64,000 bases of DNA. It comes from Phallusia mammillata. Lineage: Eukaryota. Every line of letters starts with the position of its first letter. The first letter of the stretch is position 1. The notes below the pieces were generated by a model, which saw only the letters and a list, made by a program, of their open reading frames with translations, did no database searches and was not told the DNA's origin. Of this stretch, positions 25,031-39,188 are shown piece after piece. Location: the NCBI GenBank assembly GCA_965637545.1, contig OZ281495.1, positions 4,278,001 through 4,342,000 on the forward strand, written 5' to 3'. The position numbers were made by a program, and so were the translations under genes.

Positions 25031-26061
25031 GTGTGAATTTTAATTATTGTTGCTGTGATTGTTTCTGTACATTTTATTGCCTTGTTTCGCTTTTCCGATA
25101 TAACCTAGACCTCTATCGTTTCTTTTCGTAAAATCGTTTGCATTAGAAACCTGCCGCTGTTTTTAAACAAGCTGATATTCTCCTATTTATCATACTCAGT
25201 CCGGTTATCCTATATGCGTTTTTACCGTGATTCCAATTCTCCAACGTGTTAATTGTAAACTAATTCATAAAGGTGCAGCTGGTGCAATCTTTTACAATTG
25301 TACCCTATGTTTGTTTCAAGTTGGTGTGTTTTTATCCGTGGGTTTTTCACCAATGTTTCCTACATCTGTCTCTTTGGCGCAATGTTATTCATAACCGACA
25401 TTAGCGAAAGCAATTACGACTTTTGCATTCTATTGGCATTTGCCGTTTCGTTTTGTTTGTAGCTACAATATCGTGTTATTATTGTGTTTGTTATAATTAT
25501 CAAAAACAACGTGATTTGACATGCTTTGAGGTGTAGTGAAATCAAGGAAAAGTTAAAGTAACTTATATGCATCAATAGTCTGTTCAATAAGGGAGACAAA
25601 TTTAGCTTACGAGGTCCTATCTGTGCAGTCGTTTAAAAACTTTTTAAACTTTAAAATTTTTCGGTTAAACACCAATTACATGAGGTTTCTTAAATCGACG
25701 ATTTTTTTTGTTCCTATGCATATTAAAGCTCAAGAATGCTCGAAAGTTGAACATCAATGCTTGTAAAATCGTAATCCTAAACTTACAAAAGCAGTCCGTT
25801 TTACTGATTGTAAAAATAACATCAAAAGTAGCTGTTCCATTGATCATCACCGTTGTGCGAATTTTGTTACACGAAACGGGAACCAGTTGTAAAACGATCT
25901 TCGAAACAGGAACTATTTTATATTATCAGAACCGAAGCGTCACAGATCTTTGTGTCTAACCTATCAGTAAAACTATTTAACGAGAACAGCAATAGTAACC
26001 CTAGTTGCTTTTTTTAGATTATTTCCTTTTTCCACAACTGCAAAGTTTTATTGTTTTTACA

Positions 26062-26159
26062 CCTCTGGTGAGCCCCCTACAACCACCGATGTTCCAGAGG
26101 GCCTCACCTAGGGTGAGCCCCCTACAACCACCGATGTTCCGTAGGGGGCTCACCCGAGG
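26062..26159. repeat. Tandem pair of ~43-bp GC-rich hairpins
   Basis: ggtgagccccctac-aaccaccgatgttcc-(a/gt)ag..gggc..cacc at 26067-26108 and 26112-26154; the second copy has a perfect 14-bp stem. Confidence 0.75.
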
Positions 26160-26609
26160 CAAAACCTAATCGTTAAATAACGTGGTTTATTCTTTAACCG
26201 ATTCTAGTGTAAACCAAAACCCAAATCATTTTCAGATGCGATTGTGGTAAGTACCGTGGAATCGTTTTGGTTCATTCTCGAAAACGCATCTGCAGAAAAT
26301 GAAACAAGCGCATCAGTGAAGTAAATCTATTTAAAAAAACAGAACTTTCTAACCATAGGTCAGGTTTTTCAGCGAAAGTGAGAAATCTACGAATAATAAT
26401 TTACAAATCGTTCGATTACATTTTTCGAAACCTGAATTAAAAATTGTATAAAAATGAAATAATAACAGCCATTTGCTATGACACTGCTTTTTCAATAAGC
26501 TCAAACGACGTTAGAAAGCCCAAGTCTACTCTGGCTCTCAAACACTGCACTACTATGTCTACTTATTTGATTTCTTGAGTAAATTCAATTTATCAACCTT
26601 TGTTAATAG

Positions 26610-27445
26610 GAGATTGTAGCTTGCGACCCAAGTAAGATCCGTTGTTATACGGGGAAAAGGTGGTTTAATTGGCCGTGGTAGATTTTCTTGTGTGCGACTC
26701 AGATGAACGGAAAGAATGTTGCACTCAAGTATTTTACTCTTACATATCAAAAACATGTGACGGGTAAGTTTTACATTTTAACCAATCAATGACAGGTTAA
26801 GTAAGAAGACATAAGTAGTTGCTGTTAAAAAATGACTCTTGTCTTCGATTCAATAAACCGAAAATATGTTTGTTTTCGGAATTCGAAAGCAGTTTGAGCT
26901 GCTTAAGCTGGTACACCATGAGAACGTACTGAGGACACCCGAGCTTACTGAATGGCGTGACAACATGACTATTGTGACGGAATGCTTGCTTTACGGTGAC
27001 CTAGCGACGTTATGGTTTAGAGAACGTGAAAGCGATCGACTATGCCACGTCACTCTTTCATGGCGACTGCAGTCGATTTATGACGTAACAAAAGGGGTTC
27101 CGCACTAGCACAACACTTTTGAAGGTGGTCACGTGGTTCATGGCGACCGCGACAACGTTTTGCTGACCTTCAATCTTAGGTGTAAAATCGCAGATTTCGG
27201 GTGTTCGTTTTTGATGAAGAGTGACGAGGACGTACAGGGAGCAACCAAAATGGCCCTTATCACCGCCTATACCGCCCCAGAGCTTTTTGAAAGATAAAGT
27301 GTGCCCAGCCATGAAAATTGCCGACGTCTATAGCGTTGGAATGATCAATCCCTTATTTGTTTGCTCTCGACCATTTGCACTTGATGACATTAATGAAACC
27401 AGTCATCAAGATGATGAAACTGAAAAGAAAGCGGTATTAAGGTAG
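26610..27445 (+). pseudogene. K2: kinase pseudogene of the same family
   Basis: Exon-1 remnant 26610-26763 (IGRGRFSCVRL, NVALK) with frameshifts. Kinase exon has a stop at 27106-27108, a damaged catalytic loop (HGDR-DNV), retained KIADFG and TAPE, and further stops/frameshifts. Confidence 0.9.
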
Positions 27446-28539
27446 GTGTCCAGAGCTGTAAGTCTTGGAATAAAACTGGCTTGATTTTGGCCCAACGTAA
27501 TGTTTGGCCGCAATGTGTCGTAAATTTTCTTAGTTAATCTAACTTTCGGGTTTAATTGGGGATTTATCATGCACTCTTTTTTGGAGAACTTGCTAAATCG
27601 CTACTTTGTGGAAACATTCAGTTACAAATTTAAGCTATACATTTCAATACGCATTAGTACAAAGTCATTTTAATTTTTTTTGACAGAAATAATCTTAGGC
27701 ATTCTGAACGTTTGACCAAAAGCAAGTGTTATCTTCGTACATAAATTGTTCCAGCCTCTTCCTAAAACACTCAAGTGAACAAAAATAAGTGTAACGTCAA
27801 GTAAATGAAAATGAAACACAACTACAAATGGAAATGCCCACGCAAAGTTGTCCATTGTTAGCACGTACGGTGGTTGGTTTCCATTGTGTGTCGGTTTTAT
27901 TCCACAAAACAGGTAGCAGATAAAATAACAACCATCGAAACAGGAACCAGAAGTCCCATACACCAAAGCATATACTGGACATAAATTAGTATGCAAGTTT
28001 TCGGATGTCGAAATAGTCGTGTTTAAGTTAGGATGTGTTTATTGTTGCTTGGCACCGTTAACCTAGGGAAAATATGCCAATGAAAGGGATATGTTTGGCG
28101 TTGTGGGTCAACGATTTTGAAAATATTGGAATATTATGAGCGTTAATAGTTTGTAATCGTCTGCCATTTCAATGGATCTCACAGGCAAAACAATATTTTG
28201 AATGACTGTTACATTCTTAAACATTTTCCCTGCAGAAAAAGCTACAATCAGCCCACGGGGCAGTCTGTAACGCAGAAAAATGTTCCGTTGTGTTTAGTAA
28301 AATTTGTTGAACTGGCATAAAAGCAAGTACTATCACTGGAACGACTTAACGATCTCAGTAAATAACCTGCTATCAAAAGTGTTAAAATTCTAAGCAAGAA
28401 CTATAAACCTTATTAACTATACAGGTCTCGCTTATGTAACTTACTGAAAAGGATAATAAAAAGTGGAAAATCAGAAACAGCTGTTAAACACCAAATCTCG
28501 ATGGTTTGTTTGTAGGAGTTTGTAATCTAGGGACCAAAT

Positions 28540-30500
28540 ATGATTAGTTGTTATGCTGGTAAACGAGGTTTATTAGGCAAAGGAGCGTTTGGTGCTGTTC
28601 GACTCGGACGGAGGAACAACCAAGACGTTGCACTGAAATGTTATCACACGAAAACACGAAAACAAGGAGTATTGATGACACCAGATAAGTACGTGGGCGG
28701 GTGCCTATAAGTTTAAGTAGTTAAACATGGACTGGTTGCTAAAAAAGTCACTTTTTACGTTAACTTAGAGGATTCTTTTTTCTTTTTTGTGTTGTGTACA
28801 AACACCAATTTAATTTTCAGAATTTCAAATGAGTATGAGTTGCTTTCCATGGCAAATCACGAAAATGTTGTAAAAACATTTGGGTTAACGCAATGGAATA
28901 ACGACAACTGGATGGCCATTGTGACGGAATACTTGCCCAACGGTGACCTTGGAAAGTTATTGTACAAGACAAGTGATGGCAAAAGCAACCAAAAATGCGA
29001 CATCAGCTTTCCATTGAGTCTGCGTTTGATTTATGACGTCACAAAGGGGGTAGAGTACTTACACAATCATCTTGAAGGAGGTCACGTGGTTCACGGCGAC
29101 CTAAAGTGCGATAACATTTTGCTGACAAAAAATCTTTTTTGTAAAATTGCTGACTTTGGACTCGCGTTTTTTGTAAAAAATGGCGATGAAGAAAAACAAG
29201 GTAAGCAAGCGATATTTGAAATGACCTTTGCTGCGCCAGAAATTCTTAAGAATATGGCGCTTCCAAGCAAAAAAACTGATGTCTACAGTGTAGGAACAAT
29301 TATGCAGACCGTACTCTTTCGTTCTCCTCCATTTTCATTTGTTTTGCATCGAGTTAACCCCGTCCAAAAAAGGGAGGCAGTTTTGAACCATTTTGCACCA
29401 TTTCCTATTGATCTGTGTATGTTTGTACGTGCAGAAGCTGCACAAAAGGGATGTGGAGGCTTAGTTGCAGAGATTGAAAAAGTGGCAAACAAATGCCGGA
29501 ACTACAATCCAGCTGATCGTCCGGAAATTGCTGATGTCCGTAAAATACTTTGCAAATTGTTAGATAAACATTCCCCTACAAGAGAGGAAATCCCCTCAAT
29601 CGAAAAATTGCTAAACACAGCCCCACTTTTCGAACGAGATGAAGCCATCCTCGTTCCGCTCACAAAGTTTTGTCCTGAAACTGGTGGTTTACTTCCAGAT
29701 CAAGACACTGATAAGCAGCAGCCACAAAGTGCAAAGAGTGAGAACAAAACCAATGAGGCGGGTGAAACGCAAGGGAAAAGTCAACCTCATCAGGCTAGAA
29801 CTTTCCAAACATCGTCAAAAGGTACGTGGCAAATATTTAGCAACAATTACATCTATAGGCTATACCGCATACCTTTACATAGCTAGTCCAAATCGGCTGC
29901 ATATTTTTTACAATTAGATCATAAAGAAACATGTACGAGCAACGTCACAGCTCATGCGATGCCAAACATCACACACAGGAGAATTACAAAGCAACAAATA
30001 AATGTCTTACCAGTCAGGGCTTCTCAGTTACACAGCTCCTCAGCCGGTTGGTATTGTCAAAGATTAAACAATAACAAAGTCACAAAAGGCTTTGGCTTAC
30101 AATTGAGATCAACAGGGAAGTCATTCCGATATTTAGTACATTGACACAATGTAGCAGCTTGATACTTTTAAACCGGTTACGATCCAAACAAATGTAAAAA
30201 TATGCTAAAACAGTGCTTTTTGACTGCATTTTGTTTCTTTAGTCGGTTTGTTTTAAGCAGCCAAACAGATTTTATAAAAAGAATACTTTTTTTCCCTTTT
30301 CCCAAGCAGAATTCATAGAACCAGAAAAGAAATGGACGTTTTGGAACCCGTCAACAGTTGTAGTCATCGGCACCATATTCGTCGTAAGTAACTGCATCAT
30401 TGGTCCAAAAATCAGGTATTTAGTGAATTTGTTCTCACCTATTTGTGTGCAGGTCGCTTATGTATTGACTATGATATGGATCCACAGTCAGTTGCGTTGA
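28540..30500 (+). CDS. K3: RIPK-like non-RD TKL kinase with predicted C-terminal TM anchor
   Basis: Exon 28516-28688 (ATG 28540; LGKGAFGAV, VALK); exon 28821-29821 (HGDLKCDN, IADFG, APE). TM exons 30310-30383 + 30453-30500: WNPSTVVVIGTIFV|VAYVLTMIWIHSQLR*. Confidence 0.9.
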
Positions 30501-32821
30501 AAGCAACCATCGTCAGAGACAATGTTTATCTACAATTTTTTGTTTTAAGACTGTGAAAATAGAAAAACAACCAAAACTACCAAATTTTATCACTATGTTT
30601 TCCATCGTACGGAAAGTACATGCTTTTGTACCCACTCTTTGGTGCTTGTTTTTAACAAGAACCAATTTATTTTATTGCAATTGTAGCAATGCAATTCAGG
30701 CTACATACATAGAGCAGGTCACATTTAAAGGGAAACTTTTTGGGTCGCTAGTTCTGTAACTTTAACTCAAAACGAATTCTTATTTTGTAATGCATCTGCT
30801 TTAGTTTAGTAATTCAACCAAAAGAATATCTTATCCGACAAAATAGTTCTCTCTCCAAAACGCCGCACGTCCAAACATTGAAACCTAAAACTAATGTTTC
30901 CATTCTTACAAACGTTTACTCAATCGCTGTTGTTATCAAAATTCAGTTTGCTTTACAATTAGGTATGCATGATAAAGGAGATTTGTGCTCAGTAATCCAA
31001 CAACTTTCTCAGTCTGTGTCTTGCGCCCTAAACTTGTATTTTACGTTGAACTATGCTTGCGTTTGTACTGATGTGTTTTTGTACGTTTGTAGCGCCCGAT
31101 CACCTGCCAGACGTTAAGTGAACTTCGTGTGTGCACAATTGTATACGCAGTGACTTATATATATACACGAGACAAGGACACACTGTCATTAAGGTGACAA
31201 ATTCGTTGAATTGTTGACGTGTCCTTACATTCCTTTCTTACGTGACTTAACTCTTAAACATTATGGATAATACCATTCCAACTTGACAATAGCAAATGCA
31301 AAACTCCACACGTTCATGTTGGATACTATTAACTAAAGTCGTACATGGCACAAAACTAAACAGCAGCAACATCTCTTAAGGCCATCTGTTAGGAACCGAC
31401 TTGCCCGTTGAGATGTGATTCTGGACAGTGAAATATCTGCCATAAACGTCTGACAGATGGTTAATAAACATAGGATGTTAAATTTTCCAAATTTACAATC
31501 CGTCCTGAAATTTCCGCTTATTTCGCTTCTCATGCTTTTACTGGACCAACCACGCAATAAAACATGGGTTCGACGTTGTCAGATAACAAACATATGTTGG
31601 AGTGAGTGCTAATTGTGTGCTGGGTTATTTTATTCATTAAGACAAGAATCTAGAAAGCAAAAACGGGAACTCAACATTAAAAACGAAGACGAAGATTAGA
31701 CTCAGGAAAAGTAGCCAATACAACGCGAAGCCAAAAGGATGAAACTTGAACAGTGAAAACTTCCTATTTGAAAATCACGTCAACAGGTGTTTGGTTAGAA
31801 CAGCACTGTCACAAAGAGATGTTGCTCACACAAAAGGCCACGATTCATTACAGAAGATATGTCATTCTGTTACACCATTCTTTGGCAACGTCACGAGATC
31901 AATTCATCGATTTCAGTTTCAACATTTTTTAATTTATTGGGCACAAGCGTACGTTAACTCTACTATAATAATTCTTTTATTCCTGGGCGTGTTTGCAATC
32001 AAAGACTGTTGTAGTCTACCTGCAAGTCGGTAAAATAACATGCACATGCAAAATAATCTCCTATTCTCGCATAATCGATTAGAAATTCTGGTAACTATAA
32101 TATTGGAGACCATTTGTATTGTTCTTTCAACAGATTATTTTACAAAGTCGCTCTAATACCCAAAGTTGTTTTTATTCCGATGTATAGGACAAGCTTCACA
32201 ATGGGGCAATACTGAGAAGTTAAAAGAAAAACGTTCATGTGTTTGGGAAAGGAGAAAGTCGTGAAAGCTTGACAAAGTTTTTCAAACACCTGCCACAAAA
32301 TGTTTAACATCCAGATAAAAAGTATATATGACGATTGTTTGGCTTATGCAACTTGAGCCGCTTTTTCTTGTTTTAGCCTGATGTATTCATTTACAGTTTT
32401 GGAAAGTAGGAGTATGTGTTGCTTTGATACTATTCTGATATGTCAAATTAAATGATGGTTGGGCCAATCATTTAGCAGCACTTTTCCTAATTTTGTTACA
32501 GTTTGCATTATCATGCTAATCATCTTTGTAAACTCTGGCAAAAACTGCACAATTTATTTCAAAAGCTTTCATTACTCGAGATATACCCAGGGAAATGGAA
32601 AACCAAACACATTTTGATGATGGAATGTTGCTGGTGGCAGACATGACATGAAAAAAACTACAAATATTTCATATGTAAGTAATAATATACATTTATAGGC
32701 AAATGAAACTGGAACATCCATTTTGACAGATGAAACCTACGCATTTCAATAAAGGATAAATATACTTTTAAAGTCTTGTTTTTTACAGAAATATTTTTTG
32801 CTATTCTTTCCCAAAGCAATG

Positions 32822-33963
32822 TGATATTCCCCGTTGGAAGGTTAGTTACAATATATTACTACAAACAGCTGTACAAATACATATCCGCGATTTAGTTAAC
32901 ACATTTAAACTTAGTTCAATAGTGCATGTTAATAGATTTATTTGAGTTAAGTTAACTGCCTTTGTATTCACGTAACTGATAAAGTAGGTGCAGTATTTAT
33001 TCTAAAGTCGAACATATTATTTGTTACGCATGTTTGTTAAGTATCAGACCGTTTTTAGCTGTTTGTGAAGTATTAAATTTTGTTTAAGGTTTTCCACACA
33101 TACCGTTAAGTAACATATATTTCTACAATCAGATGACAAAGGTGACTTTCGACAAAGTACATCTGGGAGAAACGCACTCACACGCCGACCGAATACGAGG
33201 CAAACACAACTGCCTGATGTACTAAGAGAAAACGCTTCCGATCTACCAAGCTCGTCAGCAGCAGGTCGGTGATTAGGTTACAAGTCTAAAACAGGCACCA
33301 ATGTGACAGGACAAGCATTCTATTCAGTGGCAAACGCATTTACGTTTAACACAAAACATTCAGAACAGTTTTATAAATATACGATGCATGGCTTTCTATC
33401 CTGTTTCCATCTTAACAAACTGGAGTGCTGTGCGATGGATACACTAGCATCCAATACGGTCAATCTCTTGTCACCAGCTGCGCTGATAGAATTTTGTAGG
33501 TCCAACTAGTGTGCACTGTCTGCATATAGCCATGGAAGAGCTTGATACGTTAACATTTATAAAAGCATTACCCCAACCTCAAAAAGCATATTTTTTGATT
33601 TAACCCAAATATATTTTACTGTTTACTGAGCATGCATTTTCTTGCTTTTTATTTGGCCGCTTTATTTCGAATATTCAAATCCCTTTATTTTTTATTTAAA
33701 TTTCCGTGTGACTAACCATCTATACTTTCCATTTGCAGGACGAAACTTGATTTACTGCTGCCCTGTGATGTTTTTATTCGTGGTATGTAAGCAGATTCTT
33801 GATTTAATACTAGATATTTTAACCGTATTCATCTGATTTAATACTAGATATTTTAACCGTATTCATTTGTTTACAGTTTGAACTTATTGTGGAATCTTTT
33901 TTTCGTTTCCGTTCGTTTACTATCGGTTCGGACGCTACTAGGAAGCCGTCGCTTTTGAGTTGA
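32822..33963 (+). pseudogene. Orphan kinase-gene 3' fragment B (K5-like tail without a kinase domain)
   Basis: Starts at gatattccccgttggaag|gttag (kinase exon end); linker exon 33133-33264; TM exon 33739-33782 (GRNLIYCCPVMFLFV); last exon 33877-33963 frameshifted by an 11-nt deletion relative to K5. Similar to 42585-43965. Confidence 0.8.
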
Positions 33964-35456
33964 ATTGAAATTACGGTATGATTTGAATGTAAATATAGTC
34001 CAGTTTGTTGAATTTAGTTTGCAGTTGGTATACGTGCTATTGTGTTTATAAATTTTAAAAGTTTTGCATGTGTATTATGTTTTATATGTTTAGGTCATTT
34101 TATCGTGTTTATTACGATAAATCAATAACCGATGTAATAGTGTGACGAATTTTTAGCACTTATACCTTTCGTTAATTATGCTCAAGTCGATTCCTTTATT
34201 TTCTCACACCTACGTGCACTAATAATCGTTTCGTGTGCAAAGATGTGTACTGTGTATCGTCACCAACGACATTCCGTGTTTGTTACGTTAAGATAAACAA
34301 ATAACCGATCTAATATTTTCAGTAAAATGTATTTTGTCATAATTACCCTGAATATTTGTGAGAGATAAACAGAGTAACACAATAGTTTTTCGAAAAACAT
34401 GTAAAATTACAGCCATGCGGTGTTTAAACTGTTTAAACTTTGACTTGTTTATTTGTTACACTTTGTTTGCTAATCATATACACAGTAAACTTCCGGGTGG
34501 TTGCTTGTTTGCCTCTTATCTTGCATAAGGGCTTTGTAGGCCTAATAAAAACATATAGTCTTTTTCATGCTCTGTCCAGCAAAGACGTTTTTCGCGCGCT
34601 TGCTCCTACCCGCGCTTGGGCAAAAACAAACAAATTTACTGTACTTAGTAAAGTTGCAGGTTGGGCTGGGTTCGGGCCGGGATAGGCTTTCAGTTTTAAC
34701 AAATGGCCTGACGTTATTTGGTAGGGAACATTTCTGTCTCTATTTAATCTTTGTAAATCTAACTTTGGATCCTAATTCGGGTTTTATTTTAACGAAGTTT
34801 CGGGTTCAACTACAATTTTAGGCCAGCTTTACAACTCCGGCTTATAGAAACCTCCACGTGGCGTAATGGAAACTCTTAAACATTGCGTTTGGCCTCAATA
34901 AAAGCCATGTTTGCGCGAGATCGGATACATTTCAAATATGCCTCCTATTAACTCCAACTACATTATACATCATAACTCAGCCATATTTGTTTTGAGTTCG
35001 TTGATTTGATAAATGCACTAAAATGTTCGTATAATTTACTATCACAAAAGCACGTAAGGGTTATTTTATCTGATTTAACATGAAGCGGCAGCTTAGATTA
35101 GACTGCTTGTAAAAATTGAAACTGCTAGGAATAAAACCAATTAAAAGTTGCCAATTGTTCGTATTGACGATTGTTTGTTTTTCAGTGCGTGACTTTTGTT
35201 ACACACCAAGAGGGAACTAGTTGTGAAACGACCTTTGAACAGGAACCACTTTCTGATACTCTGGCAGAAGCGTCAGACGAGTATAAATGAAACTTATCTG
35301 TTCAATACTTGTCGATTATTTGAAGATTTTATTCACGAAGATGCACACAAGTTGATGTTGTTCCTACATGAAAGTTAACGTGGTGTTGCGACGACTGACA
35401 TAAAGTTGGTTTCCTTCAAAACTTTGTGATCGCATGCGAATCAAAGTTGTTGAAGA

Positions 35457-37670
35457 ATGTGGTTTATATTTCAAAAGCTGTACAACTGGTGGAAATCAAT
35501 AGACACTGGGGTAATTATGAGCTGTAGTTTAATTCGAAGGAAACTAAATCTACTTGAAACTAATCAAAATAATGTAATTTATAAAAGATTGAAATTGGTG
35601 TCGAATTTGCTAAAAACAAACAAAATACTAACCCATAATATGAAAGCTTTCAAGTTTGCTTAGCTGTAGGCTAAACTTGAGAATTCCTTCATCAAGGGCA
35701 AAAAGCTTCAGCTTTCAGCGCAGACAAAACATTTCTTGTGAGCTTATGTGAGGTAAATTTAATTCACAAACTTTTCTACTTAGAAGTGTGGCACATGTGG
35801 ACCGGATAAGATCAGTTGTTATCTGGGTGAAAAAGGTTCCCTTGGCAAAGGCGCATTTGCCTGCGTTCGACTTGGACTGATGAACAACAATGATGTTGCG
35901 TTGAAGTGTTTCAACGTGAAATCAAAGCCACAAGGAATCCCACAGTCATCAGAAACGTAATGACTTACCTAAACCGAAGCGTATATGTAAATAAGTTACC
36001 ATAAAATTGCAAATGTAGAAGCCAGCCACTGAAGTTAAACACTGACTGACGCTTATATTGCTCTTTAAACTGATTTTATTTTTAGAATTTGGGAAGAGTT
36101 CGAATTACTTCGAACGGCAGATCACCAAAATGTCGTAAAAACATTCGAGTTGACGCAATGGGATCGAACGAACTGGATGGCCATTGTGACTGAATACTTG
36201 CCTTGTGGTGACCTTGCAACGTTATTGTACAACACAAGCGATGGCAAAAGCAATCAAAAATGTGACATCAGCTTTCCTTTGCGCCTGCAATTGATTTATG
36301 ACGTCACAAAGGGGGTGGAGTACTTGCACCGTTTTTCTGGTGGAAAGTACATCGCCCATGGTGACCTAAAATGTGACAACGTGTTGCTTACCGTCGATCT
36401 TAGATGTAAAATTGCTGATTTTGGTTCCACGTTTTTAGTGAACAGTAATGAGGGTCCGAAGTTAACTGGTGAACATCCAATGCAATTTGCCATCACGCCC
36501 CACTATGCGGCACCAGAGCTTCTCTCTGGCCAGTCTCTTTCGTGTAAGGCGACCGACGTTTACAGCGTGGGAATGATTATCCAGACGGTTCTATTTCGTT
36601 TTCCACCATTTTTACACATCATTGAAGGCGTATCCCAGAGCCAGGATTGTGAAAAGATTAAATCCGCGGTTTTAAGTAAAACAGCACCGGTCCCATTCGA
36701 TCTACGCTTATGCGTAGCTATGGGAGCCGAACAGAGCGGATGTATGAACTTATTTCTTGAAATTGAAAATGTTGCAAACAAATGTCGAAGTTACTCGCCA
36801 ATAATCCGACCCCACATTACTGAAATCTGCGAACGGTTTAGGGTTCTACTGGAACAGCATTCCCCTGCAATAGAGGAGATCGAATCCATAGCGGAATTGC
36901 TAAAAGGGGGCCACCACTTTTCTCGCAATAAAACCGAACTCGTTCCACTTACAAGGTTTTGTCCCGAAAATGGAGGATTGCTTTCAGGTCAAAGAAGTAA
37001 AGCTCCATATTCCCCGTTAAAAGGTTAGTGACAAAAATATTATTACAAACCGCTGTACAAATACATCGCCGGATTTTAGTGAAAACGCTTAAGCAATGGT
37101 TCTTGTTATTTGAGTGAGTTACGTCAACCGTGTTGCTATTGACGTAACTGGAAAAGTACGCAAAATATTTATTCTTTAGTTAAACATATAGTTGGCTACT
37201 CCGTTACTTTTTACGCATGCTTTATAAGTATTAGACTTTTCCGCTCACTATAGGCCGTACACTTCATTTCGTTTTTCGGCTATAAAATTCGGTTCACTAG
37301 AGTGGGTTTTAACAACAAAACTGTGAAAACGTATGTTTAAAAAGGGCCGTAAGCTCACTTCGGTAAACATTTGAACTACATTTTACTGTTTGGTGCTTTA
37401 TATGACAGTGGGCTACAATGGTTTGACTTGATTGCATCATAATCAGACACTTTTAGTTACATACATTTAGGCTAGGATTGTATAATAATAACAAACAACT
37501 TTGCAATTACAGCACCAGAAGAACGGCCGATCGGGGTTTGGTTAATCATTGTAAGTTAACATGATATGCATGTTAAACTGATTTATTATTATTACTAAAA
37601 TAACCGTATCAAATATTTACAGTTTGCCCTCATATTGATTGCAATATGGATCCCAAGCCAGCAGCTGTAA
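35457..37670 (+). CDS. K4: RIPK-like non-RD TKL kinase with predicted C-terminal TM anchor
   Basis: Probable first exon 35457-35510 (MWFIFQKLYNWWKSIDTG, phase 0); exon 35784-35956 (LGKGAFACV, VALK); exon 36086-37023 (HGDLKCDN, IADFG, APE). TM exons 37513-37550 + 37623-37670: APEERPIGVWLII|FALILIAIWIPSQQL*. Confidence 0.9.
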
Positions 37671-39068
37671 TTCCGGATTCAGATGAATTTTCATGGGCAT
37701 TTACTGCATTGCACTTTACGGTGTATAGAGTCTTATGTATATGATTTCTGTTTCATTTGGCTAGCAAAACCCTCGGATTCAATGACTGTTTGATGCAGCC
37801 GGCTATACACCGCCAGGTACATGCGGTCGGTACCGATCCCACGGCAGAATGTACCCAGTAAACCCCAAGCATCCTTTAAATCAGTCGTTCTCAACTCGTT
37901 TCACCAGTTCAATTGAAAGAATATCGTGGACCAGTCCATTGTTCCGTAAAGATATAAAGAAAACATCCACTACAAGCATATTGGCTTGAAATATAAGCAT
38001 ATTTCTTCACTTCACAATTTGGAGGAGTGATTTCAAACAACTAATAGCTATCAATAAATAGCCAATAACTTGGATAGTATGTTTTCGAACTGATTATTCA
38101 ACAAAAATTATGCAACTTTTTCCGTTTTTTTTCGTCAGATAAGGTTATCATTTACTTCCTGTGGATCACCCAAAATGTCATCATGGACCATCAGTTGATA
38201 GCCACTGACTTAAATGTTAGGACACTTGGCTCGATAAAGCATGTTTTTTTCGGTGTACTTGCTGTTTTACAAAACTGTTCAATACAGATATGTCTGAGAA
38301 AGTGCTAATGCTATAATATACAAACGTGACTTGACTTGTTCGCTCCGCTTTTTTCCGCTTTTTACTGCTTGTAAAAATAACATCAATAGCAACTGTTCCA
38401 TTGATCATTACCGTTGTGTGACTTTTGTTACACACAAAACGGGAACCATACATAAGCTATTGCTGCCAGGCATAATATCAAGTTTATTGAGCTTATTTGC
38501 CTGAAGAGCTCTACAAACTTGATACCAGTTATTGTAGTAACTAATATTTGTCTTTAGTGTGTTGTGTTACTATTGTGCTGCTTAACTCAGAATTTTTTGT
38601 TGGTAAAACTCTCATTAGCATGTTTAGTTCGTCCGACCCAATAACTTTCAATGTTTGTTTCACAGTAGTTTGAGCTTACCGCCTTTCCCTCTTGAAGCTG
38701 TTCATATAAAAGTTAGCTGATAAGGTCTTTCATTATCCTGTACTCGCACTTTACATATTAATTCATCTGTTATTTTGTTGCATTTTAGTTCAAATATATA
38801 CTGAAGTCGATTTACGAAACCATTCTTAAAACAGCGTTTTTGTTTAAGTTGGCATATCTTGTTAATTTTAGATATTCACTGTATTGAAATCTTTATAAGG
38901 TTTCCAGACCAGCTTAATTCCAAGAAAAAAATTACATCTTCTTCATGCCAATCTACTGTCACCATGGTCTCACTCTGGCATGTATTGATGACAATAAAAA
39001 GACGGACAAAATACACGCAACTTACCTAACTGAAATATGGGAGTACATTGTAATACTTCCGGTATTGA

Positions 39069-39188
39069 ACTAATAGAACTGAAACTTGCCCTTTGTCGTT
39101 CACGGAATTCGAACCCAGGACGCCCCCGGGGACGAAACCCGATCAGGTTTTGCATATGGGTCAGGCGCGCCAGACCATTCGGTCAAGT
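39069..39188 (-). mobile_element. tRNA-derived SINE with 12-bp TSD
   Basis: On the - strand: A-box-like TGACCGAATGG and B-box GGGTTCGAATTCC; direct repeat TTCCGGTATTGA at 39057-39068 and 39189-39200; similar to 43989-44104. Confidence 0.75.

Noticed and set aside
32170-32680. Exon-like stretches faintly resembling a CRAL-TRIO segment (MENQTHFDDGMLLVADMT)
   Set aside because: Stops in every spliced frame tried and too little similarity to support a call; an HMM search would decide.
34640-34845. GGGCCG-rich segment resembling a hAT MITE
   Set aside because: Terminal inverted repeats are too degenerate and no TSD was found.
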